Positions 64,000 to 64,000 of a DNA stretch of 64,000 nt are shown piece by piece (position 1 is the first letter of the stretch; each line of letters opens with the position of its first letter). The DNA comes from Longimicrobiales bacterium. GTDB taxonomy: Bacteria > Gemmatimonadota > Gemmatimonadetes > Longimicrobiales > Gaopeijiaceae. The notes beneath the pieces are model-generated. The model did no database searches. It was not told the origin of the DNA and saw only the letters and a program-made list of their open reading frames with translations. Location of the stretch: contig JBJKSF010000076.1 of assembly GCA_046704285.1 (NCBI GenBank), forward strand, positions 6,666 to 70,665, in the 5' to 3' direction. The translations under genes were made by a program, and so were the position numbers.

Positions 64000-64000
64000 A

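Noticed and set aside
1-64000. CRISPR arrays, IS elements, integrases, prophage or defence-island signatures, and long direct or inverted repeats
   Set aside because: Reading all intergenic regions and translations showed no repeat-spacer periodicity, no transposase, integrase or recombinase motifs, and no compositional (A/T-rich) island. G/C homopolymer runs of 7-9 nt occur but are scattered, some inside conserved genes, and give no evidence of phase variation.

Overview
This is a very GC-rich bacterial chromosomal segment; third codon positions are almost all G/C. TolC and a TonB-dependent receptor indicate a diderm organism, but the lineage cannot be fixed without a database search. I can support about 58 protein genes, one SRP (4.5S) RNA, one cobalamin riboswitch and two promoter candidates. 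Most of the window is conserved housekeeping synteny: aroF-yraN-ffs-dnaX-ybaB-recR, grpE-dnaJ, nifS-mnmA, pntAA-pntAB-pntB, and rplM-rpsI-rpsB-tsf-pyrH-frr-uppS-cdsA-dxr-rseP. I saw no rRNA, tRNA, CRISPR array, transposase, integrase or recognisable defence genes. Because of the GC content, the ORF track is full of long shadow ORFs in wrong frames or on the wrong strand, and these were rejected. I found no clear-cut novel system, but five things deserve a second look. (1) A seven-gene, translationally coupled FAS-II-like operon (enoyl reductase, KASIII, FabA, FabZ-like, KAS, ACP, lysophospholipid acyltransferase) at 48287-53623. (2) An in-frame tandem tryptophanase/tyrosine-phenol-lyase fusion running off the 3' end; its first copy has lost the PLP-lysine and phosphate-binding motifs, and it is absent from the ORF track because it has no stop. 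(3) A PTS-EIIA(Ntr)-like protein with an unknown C-terminal domain that overlaps the stop of mgtA. (4) A tripartite MacAB-TolC-like efflux operon with no ATPase gene that ends in a BshB/Bca-type deacetylase. (5) An orphan MglA small GTPase with no MglB partner.
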